Positions 33,935-45,199 of a DNA stretch of 64,000 bases are shown here, piece after piece. Both the position numbers and the translations under genes were made by a program. Location: NCBI GenBank assembly GCA_010909165.1, contig MU008187.1, positions 748,247-812,246 of the forward strand, given 5' to 3'. Below the pieces are notes generated by a model. It had not been told where the DNA came from. It did not search any database and saw nothing but the letters and a program-made list of their open reading frames with translations. Numbering within the stretch: the first letter of the stretch is position 1; every line of letters begins with the position of its first letter. This DNA is from Anthoceros angustus. Its lineage: Eukaryota; Plantae; Anthocerotophyta.

Positions 33935-35630
33935 CAGTCGCGGGGTGGATTAGCACTCAAATCTTAGGAGTTCATAGTGAGGACAGCCTCTTTCAACCTC
34001 TTGTTGCTTCCTGATTCGACACTTCTTGCTGACCACCTTGCAGCACACAAAATGCTAAGTGGTACATCCATCGGGGATGTATAGGATGTGCGTGGTCCAC
34101 ATGGTATCGGTTCACTATGCATAATGATGTGGGGACTGGTGGATCGATATATTTCAGGGAGAGGAAATGGAAGGATGGAAGGATGGCCGAGGAGGAATGA
34201 CACATCCACCTTTACAACCTTGTACTTGATTGAAGTTTGAAAGTATTATTCTACAACAGGCCGTGTGAAGTGTCGAAGAGTACACAGGTTTTTTACTGCG
34301 AATCTTTTGCTTCTTAGTACAGTAGCTGCTGCGCGGAGGGATAGGTTTATCTGAAGATGGACCCTTGTCGTTGATAGCAAGTTGGACCAAGCAGGTAGAT
34401 ACACAGTGGCTGTTTTGCTGCTGTTGGTTTGCTGAGATAGCAGACTGGTTAGCTCATTGGAATTGGGTTAGGCAGCTGTAGATAGGCGTAAGTGGAAGGT
34501 GAGAAAAATCTGCACACCCATTTGTGGTGAATTGAGTTAGAGGTGGTCACTCGCACATAGCGTCTCTGTTTTGCTCCAGTTGAGCAGATTTGTGTTTCCA
34601 ACGAACGCGGGCTATCCAAGAGAGGAGTGACTTGTCTTAGGAAGGTTTCGAATGCCAACTCTTTCATCATGTTGTGGGATAGCTTCAGGTTGAGCGACGC
34701 GGTTAAGCTGAGCTCTGAAGTCAAAGGCCGCCTCTTCAGGCAATCGCACATTGTCGAGGGATTGTTGAGTTGTTGAAGAGAAGGAAGCCTGGAACCACGC
34801 TCTTGAACTGTTAGCTTCAGCCGCGGGTAGAGTCCCTGTCAAACTCCGGTTCCTCCTCCCTTATCGGGGTGTCCGAGAATCGTAGAATGTGCTATGAAAT
34901 GGCCTTGCTACTGACTATTGACGTGTTGTCTTTGTCAGAGGTCGAGCTTGCAACTAATGACGGTCATGGGTTGTTGGACAGCCTCTGGTGTTCTGTCAGC
35001 ATCATCAGTTCGTTTTGTGAGGGATTGGAACAGCACAGTCATTAGACGACACCTAACATATGGATGTATGCGTATATGTTCGTACATACTAGGCTGGTTG
35101 TCGGGAAACGCAGCAATGTGACTAGTTGATTGGGTGAAGAATTCCTAGACACGAGTCTGTCCAGCGGGAGTTGGTAAGCACGAGATTCCATGAATCATGA
35201 AATAAATGCACTCACTGGTGTATATTCCTGCAACTGGCCAGACAAATGCGCCGAAACAAACAAAAGAGGGAGCAAGTTGGAAGCTGCAACCACAGGCTAT
35301 GCACAGCGCTCGTCCTCGTTGGAGGAAACCAGTTTCCATGTTTTGGGTAACGTCTCATGCATGGACTTAACAACAAGACAGCAAGGCCTTCTGAATTAGC
35401 TCATCGTGGGTCCCGGGTTTGCAAGCCAGCTGACGTGGCTGATCCTAACACCACCCCGGGTAGAAGGATCAGGCTGACCAGACCAGTTCCTGCAGTGGGG
35501 TGACTGTTGGATCTTCCAGAATCGGACATTCCTGTCGTGTTTCTTCAGGAGGCGATGGAGAGTGAAAGATATTCCTGTCGTGTTCCTTCAACAGTCGATG
35601 GAGAATGTGACAATTTTGAAGTAACTGTTG

Positions 35631-36869
35631 CTACGTCGTAGAGACAGCTGATTGCTGCAAGTCCAAAACATGATGCGACGCCTCGGCCTCCGCCTCTGCC
35701 TCTACCGTGGAGTCCCCAGATTGCAGAGCCAGTGCCTGAGGGCGAGACAAGCTCCGAAGCAGGGAGGGATCCCGTCTCATGGAATTCCGAAGCCTCTCTG
35801 TGAAGGAATGCCTGCGGTCGTGAGAGATCGAAACCGGAGCCGACCCATGTCCTACGCTCGCCTGCTCCCTTCCCAAGCTGAAGGCCCGCTTCACAGGCCT
35901 GGGCGTGACGGACTCCAGCCCCGCAGCATCGGGGGCAGCCCATCGGATATCCTCCGACCCCGGCCTCCGCTTCCTGTTGCTTCCCAGCATGCGCCCCTCC
36001 GCTTCCTGCTCGGACTCCAGCTCCCCGGAGTGCTCCGGCGCAACCACGATGGCCACGTGCTCCCCGACGGAGCTTCCTTCTCTCGCGGCTTGCGAGATCT
36101 CCCCAACGGGAAGCTGGCTGCGCTCCACCGTGCCCGATGCGGAGGCCGCGGTGTCCTGCCCGGCCTGTGATTCCGCGCCGGGGCCCGTAGGAGGCGTCTG
36201 CGCTGCGTCCTGGGAAATGACGGTGAGGGAGACAGCCAGCCCGGGGTTGTTCCCGTTGGAGCCGCCGTCTTGAGAGCCGTCTACCTGGTACCTCCCGCTC
36301 AGCAGCGACAGCATCCGTCTCAGAGACGACTGCTTCTTCACCTGGATGTTGGACCTGCAGATGGGGCAGGATGTGTGAGAGAGGAGCCAGGTGTCCACGC
36401 ACTCCTGGTGGAACACGTGATTGCATCCAGGCAGCAGCCGCACTCCCTCCCCTTCCTGGTACTCGTTCAAGCACACTGAGCAGTCCCCGATGTGGCCCTT
36501 CAGGCCTGCCGACTCCGGAAAGCCCCCCTTCTTGTAGCTGAAGAGAGGAAGAGTCTGGATGAAGGATGCGTCCAGCCCTTGCCCCACCCGTAACAGAGGC
36601 TCCACCGGGTTCACAGGCAATGCTGTCTGCGACGCCTGGCTCCTAGAGGTCCTGTGAGCTCCCAGATGGAGGTTTGCGTTCTGCTGGTTCCGAATGTCCA
36701 TGCATAGCTGCCTGGTTCTGACGAGGAAGATCACTATGAACACGGCCATGACGAAGATGAAGAGGAATCCCAGCACCGCATACTGAGGGAATCCTTTCGT
36801 ATTCGAAGGAAATAAACCTGAATCGGTGCCACAATTACTCGGGCTAGTGCTGCAGCCAGTGGAACTCAT
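35631..36869 (-). CDS. ATL-family RING-H2 E3 ubiquitin ligase
   Basis: N-terminal TM helix (VLGFLFIFVMAVFIVIFLV), GLD motif, CSVCLNEY...LPGCNHVFHQECVDTWLLSHTSCPICR. Confidence 0.92.
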   Translation of the reverse strand: MSSTGCSTSPSNCGTDSGLFPSNTKGFPQYAVLGFLFIFVMAVFIVIFLVRTRQLCMDIRNQQNANLHLGAHRTSRSQASQTALPVNPVEPLLRVGQGLDASFIQTLPLFSYKKGGFPESAGLKGHIGDCSVCLNEYQEGEGVRLLPGCNHVFHQECVDTWLLSHTSCPICRSNIQVKKQSSLRRMLSLLSGRYQVDGSQDGGSNGNNPGLAVSLTVISQDAAQTPPTGPGAESQAGQDTAASASGTVERSQLPVGEISQAAREGSSVGEHVAIVVAPEHSGELESEQEAEGRMLGSNRKRRPGSEDIRWAAPDAAGLESVTPRPVKRAFSLGREQASVGHGSAPVSISHDRRHSFTERLRNSMRRDPSLLRSLSRPQALALQSGDSTVEAEAEAEASHHVLDLQQSAVSTT

Positions 36870-38345
36870 GTTGCCAGCCACCAGCTCTATCGTTCCATTC
36901 GATGTTTCAAGGCCCCAAGGTTGTCCAGACCTTCTGTTGCTACAATAACTTCACCTCTCACTCACGTCGGATCAGAAGGCTCTGCGCATACGGACTCCTG
37001 GCTGCAGTCTTGTCGAGCTCGGCCAAATACTGTTTCGTGTCGAGGCAAGGCAGCTCCATTCTCGCTTCTGAGCCTCCGCCCTGGATCATCAAGGTTCAAA
37101 CGAATTATCGGATAAGCACAACAGCATTGTTTCAACCATGATCCTGCTGGAAAGAGAGTACGACAGAGCACGGCCACTGACAACCCGATCCAACCAGCAG
37201 GGACCTAAGCAAGCAATCCAGGAAGAAAGTTCCACAAACTGCTGCATTGCAAGTTCCTACATTGAAGAGAGAGTGGAATTAAATCGAGGTTACAGAACCG
37301 GGGACGGATCATAAAGTTTCTCGAGTCCTGAGCTTGAGATATTAGCACTGGGAAGAATGTTGGACACGCAACAGCTGCGACATAACGTGACATAGCGAAG
37401 CCCGAAATAGTACCAGCTATTGAAGAAGAGGGGGTGGAAACCGAGCGTTGGGAAACTGCGTGCTGGCGTGTTGGAGAAACCGAGTCGGGAGCAGGGCATG
37501 ATCCTCGACATGCAGATACTGGGGCCGCGCCGGGAGGGCAGCGAAGCATACGGCCGCTGGAAGAGGAGGAGGAGCTGAAGACAGCCACAGGAGATGCGCG
37601 CGACGCGGGAAGGAAGGAGGAGAGGAAAGAGAGACGCAGTAGCCAGTGAACTCGGCACAGAACTCGGGGGCAACGAGAGTGTGATGTTATGGAGCACAAT
37701 GATGGCAGCAAGCTGGCACGGAAACTAGGGGAGAGAACCTTCTTTCGCAGCACCTGTGTCATTAAATAAAAGTTGCTCGTCCGGGGCCTAGGCTTTAGCT
37801 GCCTGCCTGAACGGACCCCGAGTCGGTCAATGCTTGACTCCTTCGCACCTGTCCTCCGTGACCGTGCCCTACGCGCACGCTTCCAAGTCAAGAAAGCCTG
37901 CCTACCGCCAACCGCTCCTTCCGGGATCCTCCATCGGCCACAGCCGGTTCCCGGTTCCCACTGTTCCGCAAACGCGCAGCAGCTGCCGGAGCGGCTGCCG
38001 CTTCCCGTGCCGCGGCCTGCCTTGAATCGCTCCGGATCGGATTGTATCGAGGCGAGGCTGTGGAGACGAATTTGTGTGCTGTCCAGATCCAGGATCCGTC
38101 TCATGTGTTGTGGATGCTGGTGGAAAGCGGATTGTTTGATTTCCGTGTGAGCTTTCTGTTTTCGTTTGCTGTGCTGTGCTTGGAAGGAGCCAGGGTTTAT
38201 ACCTGCGGCAGGCGCAGGCGCAGGCAAGCTTGTTTGCGGGATCCAGCAGCTGGAAAGACCTGCACCGGTCTTGATGCATGTGCAGGAGCGTTGGATCGAG
38301 CTGTTTGAAGTCGAGTTTGGATCTTGAAAAGGAGAGGTGGAAGCG

Positions 38346-39440
38346 ATGGCGCTCCTGCTGGTGAACTGCAGTCAGTGTAGGACTCCCTTGCAGCTTCCGC
38401 CAGGTGCGACTGTTATTCGGTGTGCTCTCTGCCAGGCCGTGACCTCAGTGACCACGCCGAGAGAAGGAGGCGTGTCACACCCCGGGTATCCGGCTCCTTA
38501 CCAGCCGGCAGCTTCCAGCGGGGTGCAGCTCTACGGGCAGCCAGCTCCCACTCAGTATGCTCCTGCGCCTCCGCAGGCCCATGGCTCCAAGAGAGCCGTC
38601 ATCGTCGGCATCTCGTATCGCTACACACGTCATGAGCTCAAGGGATGCATCAACGATGCCATGTGTATGCGGTACATGCTCATCAACAGGTTCAAGTTTC
38701 CGGAGTCTTCTATTCTCGTGCTCACGGAGGACGAGGTTGATCCACTGAGGAAACCTATCCGGCATAACATTCTGATGGCGTTGCACTGGCTCGTGCTTGC
38801 AAACAAGGCTGGAGATTCTTTGGTTTTCCACTTCTCAGGTCACGGCTCGCAGACACCGAACTACCGAGGGGAAGAGGCCGATGGTTATGACGAGACAATC
38901 TGTCCACAAGACTTCACTACGGCAGGGATGATTGTGGACGATGAGATAAACGAGAGAATTGTCAGACCCTTGGTTCCTGGCGCTAGACTGCATGCCATAA
39001 TTGACGCCTGTCACAGTGGGACGGTGCTGGACTTGCCATATCTCTGTAGGTTTAATCGAGTGGGACAGTTTCAGTGGGAGGATCATCGGCCTCGTTCAGG
39101 CAAATGGACAGGCACCAGCGGTGGACAGGTCTACTCTTTCAGTGGCTGTGACGACAACCAGACTTCTGCTGATACTTCATCTCTTTCCCAGATCACTTCT
39201 ACAGGAGCTATGACCTTTTGTTTCATACAAGCTGTGGAACGAGGAGCGGCAACTTACGGAGCCGTGCTCAATGCCATGCGGTATGCAATCCGGGAGGCGG
39301 ATTCAAAGCTGAGCACTGGTGGTCCTGTCAGCTCCCTGTTGGAAATGCTTGTCACTGGTGGGAGCTACAACCGGATGACTCAAGAGCCCCAACTCACATC
39401 CTCTGACATGTTCGACATCAACTCTCACTTTTATCTGTGA
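38346..39440 (+). CDS. MC1: Type I metacaspase with LSD1-like zinc finger, intronless
   Basis: CSQCRTPLQLPPGATVIRCALC, Pro/Gln-rich prodomain, LKGCINDA, and catalytic FHFSGHG and DACHSG. Confidence 0.95.
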   Translation: MALLLVNCSQCRTPLQLPPGATVIRCALCQAVTSVTTPREGGVSHPGYPAPYQPAASSGVQLYGQPAPTQYAPAPPQAHGSKRAVIVGISYRYTRHELKGCINDAMCMRYMLINRFKFPESSILVLTEDEVDPLRKPIRHNILMALHWLVLANKAGDSLVFHFSGHGSQTPNYRGEEADGYDETICPQDFTTAGMIVDDEINERIVRPLVPGARLHAIIDACHSGTVLDLPYLCRFNRVGQFQWEDHRPRSGKWTGTSGGQVYSFSGCDDNQTSADTSSLSQITSTGAMTFCFIQAVERGAATYGAVLNAMRYAIREADSKLSTGGPVSSLLEMLVTGGSYNRMTQEPQLTSSDMFDINSHFYL

Positions 39441-39791
39441 TCAGTTCACTTATTAGTCTACGTACAACTTCGTAAGCAATTCAAAAAAATCGAGTTGGGG
39501 AGAGGCTTGATCTATGGCCTGTTTGATCTATTTGATCCGTTCCTTTGCTGATGAGCATACGTCGGCCTTCATTCAGCGAGATTATGTGACATCAAAATGT
39601 ATTGAAGCACAACAGTTTTTGCATTCGCTGAAGGGCAAGGGAGCTCTAGAGCACCAGTTGTAAATTACTAGTGTGACATCAAAGTATATTGCAACATGAC
39701 AGTTTGTGCAAATGCTGATGGGCGAGAGTATGGCTCCAGACGTTTCCCAAACGTTTCACCCTTTTTTTTTGTGATGTCCCTCGTTCACACT

Positions 39792-39927
39792 CCAGCTGGC
39801 TGCGTCCACCCACTTAAAACTGCAGCGAGGCGGGCGCTCCAGCTTTGAAAAACTCCACCCACTTAAAACTCCAGCGAGGCGGGCGCTCCAGCTTTAAAAC
39901 TCCAGCGTGGCGGACGCAGCCAGCTGG
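39792..39927. repeat. MITE-like structure: 16-bp perfect inverted repeats enclosing a direct repeat
   Basis: CCAGCTGGCTGCGTCC (39792-39807) and GGACGCAGCCAGCTGG (39912-39927); internal duplicated CCACCCACTTAAAACT.CAGCGAGGCGGGCGCTCCAGCTTT. Confidence 0.55.
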
Positions 39928-40402
39928 GGCGCCAGCTCGGCAGGCTGACTGGGCGGTGACCGGGAGTTCGTGATGGGGGCCGCGAAGGGCTGCTGAGCCT
40001 GCTGATGTGGTCCCATTAGCACGCTCACGGGACATCCTCCCGATTATGGACACACCAAAACTTCCTCAGGTTGCATCTGCTCCGGAGAAGGCAAAACAAG
40101 GATGAAACTTCTGAATGTCCTAAACGGCATGCTATGAAAGAGTGCTCAATATAATTTATTTATGAATTCTTTTTACGAAACGTTCATTTTCTCTGAACCT
40201 TGACTCGGGTGTAGCGTGACCAAACAAGGCGTGCTAGACTACATAGCGGCAGCCCGTTAAGGACAAAGTGGTCTTGGAACATGCAGCTCTATGATAAAGA
40301 TAGCAGGAAGTATAAGTTGGCTCGTGTGCCCGAGGAATTCTCGATTCAAGAGCATGAAATGTACACCCGAGGAGTGAAGTTGGTGATCCGCTGTTTTCCG
40401 AG

Positions 40403-42940
40403 TCACTCTGAAGTTACCGAAAGTCTCGCCCAATCCGGAAGAGGACATTCATAGCTCCATTTCTCACATGAATATTTTACGCAATGCAACCAGATCCCAA
40501 CGACGTCCTCCTCGTATCTGCACAAGCAAGACCGGACGTAGATTTACGCTTCAACACACTCAGCTCTCTTATCAACGTTGCTAAAGAGATTTACCCTGCA
40601 GGTTCCCAATTCGGACAATGTGTGCAAAGGGGATCTGCTGTAAACTCCGCTACTGAGCTTCTTGCGAAAAGATGGGAACTTCCGGCATCCTGCTTCGCTT
40701 CTCTTCCTGCTTTACAACATTCGGTCTTCAGATCGGCTTCCGTTGTTTCTTGTATCTGGCCTGGTTCCATTTTTCGTTTCATAATTCAACACACGTTACC
40801 ATCAATGTGAAATCAACCAACTTTCCTTTGGGCGTTACCCCTGCTGCAGAAACAGACCCAACCTGGGGGAGAAGTAGTTTCGGTTGCAATGATTGGACAT
40901 CTAAGAGGGCTGTCAGCTCCTCTAGCTGCTGCTTGATCAGCTGTTGTTGCTTCTCTTGACCTCCTTGCGACGTTCTTGTGGAGATAGAGGGCATCATTAG
41001 CAATGGGATGGCCCAGGTATTGCAGATGAACACGGATCTACAGGTCAACCAAAACTGTTAGAGACTCTGGATGACTAAAACTCTTTCCCACAACGTAGTC
41101 AGCAACCACGAAGACACATAGTGCTCGGGGACTCTCACCTGATGGGTTCTGCCTGTAAGAGGCATGCATTTGACAATGCTATATTTCCCATTGGTGCTAA
41201 GCCTTAAAAACCGGGTGCAGGAATCCTTGCCTTGTCTCCCACCTTCCTCAGGTGCTTGCTGAAGAGCGCAGCGTGTGCAAAGATGCCAGTGTAGTCAAGC
41301 AACTGGGTAAGAATGTCTGGTACTTTCCATACTGTGTGCAATAACCAAGACCAGGGCATCTGGTACCTCCACAGTGCTGAGGCCCTCGCGAGCATCATAT
41401 AAAACTGGAGCGTTCACTTCCTCCTGCGTCAATGAAATTGGTTGTCAGCATTACGTAGTATGCCAATTACAAAACAGTGGAAGGAGGGGTGCGCAAATAG
41501 GTACCTCACTTTCTGGAAACACACCCAGTACTTTGGCAACGTATTCCTTCTGAACTCTTCCTGCCTCGATCTGTCAAGGAGGGGATCAGAGTTTGCAAAA
41601 GGAGGAGCGTCAAACAAAGTGAAAAGGGTATCCATGCAAGCACACTAAACTTGGTTCATGCTGAGACACAACAGAAAAGAAATGACCTCTTCACGAAACA
41701 GATCCGCTGTGTGCGCATTCCTTGCAAGGATCAACAGACCAGATACAAGCCGATCAAGCCGATGTATGGCTGTAATCAGTAAAGGCCCAGAAACAAATGG
41801 CATTATGTAAACGCTACTAGACAGCAGACTTCCTGCATCATAGAACTCATCACACAAGACCTGCAGATGCTACTCCAGAGGATACGGTAAAGGGGCCCGG
41901 CTTTATGCTCGGCTTGTAGAATTCCTATCACTGTGTTCTTCCGATACTGACCACATGCATGGACCTGAAACATTAGACCTCAAAAATTATCCAGAGTGTC
42001 AAACATAGTCTCTGCAAGCAATTGTACGATCTGAGGAAGGGCTGTATCTAACCACCAAGTTAGCACAGATACTTACAGGGACAGAAGCAGGTTTGCACAC
42101 AACCAACACATCTGGCCCTTCCTCCAGTACTGTCACAGGCTCTGCCATCACAGGTGGTTCATGCCTAGGGCCAGGGTTATTGAGGTGCACGAGCCAATAT
42201 GCAAGCTATGCGTCTGAGAAGGAATGAATGTGACTAACAATGGGATACTGAACTCCAGGAAATACCTGTGTACAAAATGACTCACTGGTTGGGAGTCGCG
42301 TACAACATAACTGATTGTGATCCTCTGCCCACCGACACGGATCCTACCACGTTCGACAGCTTCCACCTTGAAAATGGCAGAGATCTCAGCTCCATTTCAC
42401 AACCATTAACCCAGCATAGAGCATTTCAACAACTATATACTCAAGAACGAGGATGCGGCTAGAAAGATGGCTCACATAGTATTGAGCAGGGCGCTGTCGA
42501 AATTCGTGTGAAAACAGATCAACAATGTTCTTTCCCGCCCACCTTCTTTTCACCTGATACAAGACAAGATGAACGACGCTAATCAACGGAGATGTTGGCC
42601 TCAGCTGAAAGTACTTCGAGCATGCATGAAGGCCAAGACTTTATTCTTCATTGCAATAATCCTTTAAAAAGGTTGCAAACCAGTAGGAGAGAAAACAAAC
42701 GTGTGCAAGGAACTCGAAGAAATATGGCCGCACCAGTCGCCTTCCTGTGTGAATCATATTGCCCAGCAGTCAGTTAGCACTTCATTGTTGAGATACATCG
42801 AGTTTCATAAGCAACATAAAGGATCGAATACAAAGGAGCAACATCCTGTACCCTCTCTGAAGATGTAATCTTCAGCGGTAGCTGGTCTGTCAGTGGTTTC
42901 CCACCGAATATTTGTATCATCCACAAAGTTACTGCCCACC
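40403..42940 (-). CDS. RluA-family RNA pseudouridine synthase, multi-exon; 5' end not resolved
   Basis: Exons encode DYIFREG, RRLVRPYFFEFLAH, VKRRWAGKNIVDLF, RHEPPV, CKPASVP, HRLDRLVSGLLILA (catalytic Asp), PLTGRTHQ, IRVHLQYLGHPIANDALY, CTHCP and GIWLHC. Stop at 40403-40405; short GT-AG introns. Confidence 0.9.
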
Positions 42941-43286
42941 TGGGAACTTGCAAACGGCAGCATGGCATACCTGGGCAAGCAAGCCACGAATTTTAGGGAG
43001 CACGCTCTTAAATTCAGATTGTTTGCTTGCCCGGATATATGTATGTGATATCCGAACTTGTGCGTGCCCTAACTATCATCAGGAGTATAGGATGTGGTCG
43101 ATGTCATAGCACTGTCACAGAGGTATTGTGGAGATCGATTGCTTACCGAGATATGTGAGCTTGAGGCTGCGCGAACTACGGAGTGCCGGATATGGTAGAT
43201 GCGCCTCCTGTTGCAGCAGGTGTTTTCACCCCGGAGCTAGACTGACTACTCACAATTAAGGCCGAGAACATTCAGCTGGCGAGGTC

Positions 43287-44108
43287 ATGGTCATGGTCAT
43301 CTGTGTAGCTGTGGTAGGGCAGCAGGTGAGTCCAGTTCCGTAGGTCTCAGTGAAATGGAGCTTTAGGCTCAAGGACCTTGGCTGCTCGATTCGTGGAATG
43401 AAAACGTTGTACGTGTGTGGCGCTGCAGAACAATCCTCTCTACTTGCAAAGCTTCACGGAAGACAACGGTGACGAGGATTTAAAGTTCCACCACTTGGTG
43501 CACTGTTCGCTGGATGTGTTCGAGGAGAAAGGTACGTAGGTACGAGGGGAAGCCCCTGTTCAACGCATCTGACATTTGCAGTCTTAAGCATTACGTTGAG
43601 AAAACGTTCAGTCTTATTCTTGCCTGTGACCTGCAGTGAATACCAAAAAAGCAGGTGCGACATCAAGCGAGACATTTCTTGGTCTTCTTTACCCTTCAGA
43701 AGGATATAAAATGTAAGAACCGCTTTTCTATGCTGTGGTGTAGTTGAAAGTCGTGCTTCACTTTCATTTGATGCTGTGTTGCTTCTCGCAGTTTTGGATA
43801 CTTGAGTAACACGAAGATCAAATTTGTTCTTATCACCAGTGATCAAGAACACAGGGATGCAGACGTCAGAGGTGTAGGTTCCTCGACTGTAACCTGCCTT
43901 TGGAAGTGGAACGGGACTTGAGGTCCCTCAATTGATGCTAGAAATGACGTGTGTTTGCTGTTTGCAGTTTTTTCGTAGATTCCATGCGGCCTATGTGGAT
44001 GCAGCGTCAAATCCTTTCCATGTGCCAGGGAAGAGGATCACATCACCTGCCTTTGCAGAAAGAATTAGTGCCATCGTGAAGTCTTTTGGTGCCACTTCAG
44101 CAGCCTGA
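43287..44108 (+). CDS. TRAPPC2L: TRAPP complex subunit 2-like (TRAPPC2L/TCA17, sedlin family), multi-exon
   Basis: Exons encode MVICVAVVGQQ, NNPLYLQSF...LKFHHLVHCSLDVFEEK, FLGLLYPSEGYK, GYLSNTKIKFVL and FFRRFHAAYVDAASNPFHVPGKRITS. Confidence 0.9.
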
Positions 44109-44464
44109 CGTGGGCTTCTGATGATAGCATGATGCAGCTGCTGGCAATGGCTGTCTGCAACAGGATGCGACAAAATGGATGCAAGATGCATGAGGTTGTC
44201 TTAGTTCTGTGAGTATGATCCGATGCTGGTGCACCTGCTTCTCGGCACACTGATGCACTCATGGCACGCTGCACCTCAACCTTGCTCCTGGACTTTCCAG
44301 ACGTGTTTAGCACACTCCCCACTACAAGAACATCAGCTTTGGAGTGTGGGATATCGTGCGGCCTGCTGATTGTACGCACCGCTATCGATTTCATGGCAAC
44401 TTCCCTAGCCGCTTCCTTTCGGAGGTGCGCGATGATCTCTTACTATCCTATTGGACATGTCGTG

Positions 44465-44613
44465 TTAGCTTTGTTCGTCTTTGCTTGTATCAGGTGAAAA
44501 GAAGGTGCGCGGGAAAGAACATTCTTGATCTGTTTTCACACGAATTTACAGAGCGCCCTGCGCAACATTATGTGAGCTGTCTATCTACCCGCATCCTCGT
44601 TCTTGGGTACAGT
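44465..44613 (+). pseudogene. Inverted, diverged duplicate of one pseudouridine synthase exon with flanking intron sequence
   Basis: VKRRCAGKNILDLFSHEFTERPAQHY versus VKRRWAGKNIVDLFSHEFRQRPAQYY at about 42432-42582 on the minus strand. Confidence 0.85.
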
Positions 44614-44780
44614 CTTGTTATCATCGTGTCAAGTTGGGATTGTTCTTGGGCACAGTCTTGTTATCATCGTGTCAAGTTGGGATTGTTCTTGGGCACAGTC
44701 TTGTTATCATCGTGTCAAGTTGGGATTGTACCCTTTTACAGTCTTGATATCATCGAGTCAAGTTGGGATTGTACCCTTTT
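44601..44780. repeat. ~43-bp tandem repeat, about 4 copies
   Basis: Unit CACAGTCTTGTTATCATCGTGTCAAGTTGGGATTGTTCTTGGG. Confidence 0.9.
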
Positions 44781-45199
44781 CGACAAGTAAATGACAAAAA
44801 AATTGTCCCCTGGTCAAAGGTTTACAAACTGGATGCTGCTTAATAAGTAAATAATAAGAACAAAGGTTTACAAACTCGATGTTGCTTAGTAACAAGTAAA
44901 CGATAAGAAATCATCACCCGGTCAAAGGTTTACAAACTCGAACGCCGCACTAACTAGCGGGGTCCATGTGGTGAAGTAGCTCATGTATATATATAGGTAG
45001 ATAAAGACAACTCTGGTCAACTAGGAATAGAGGACTATATGTAGATAACTTATGGTTGCATAACTTATAACTTATATGCTGCCATATGGATGTGAGAAAA
45101 GAAGAGGATGATTTATTGAGGTGAAAGAACGATGGAAAGAGACCATCTAGGAGGGGACAACAAATGGGGACCTGGGGGTCGGAGTGAAGAGAAGCGAGC

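Noticed and set aside
35545-38227. Long ORFs 35545..36474 and 37205..38227
   Set aside because: The first is an alternate frame of the ATL gene. The second is GC-rich, low-complexity UTR or promoter sequence with no motif.
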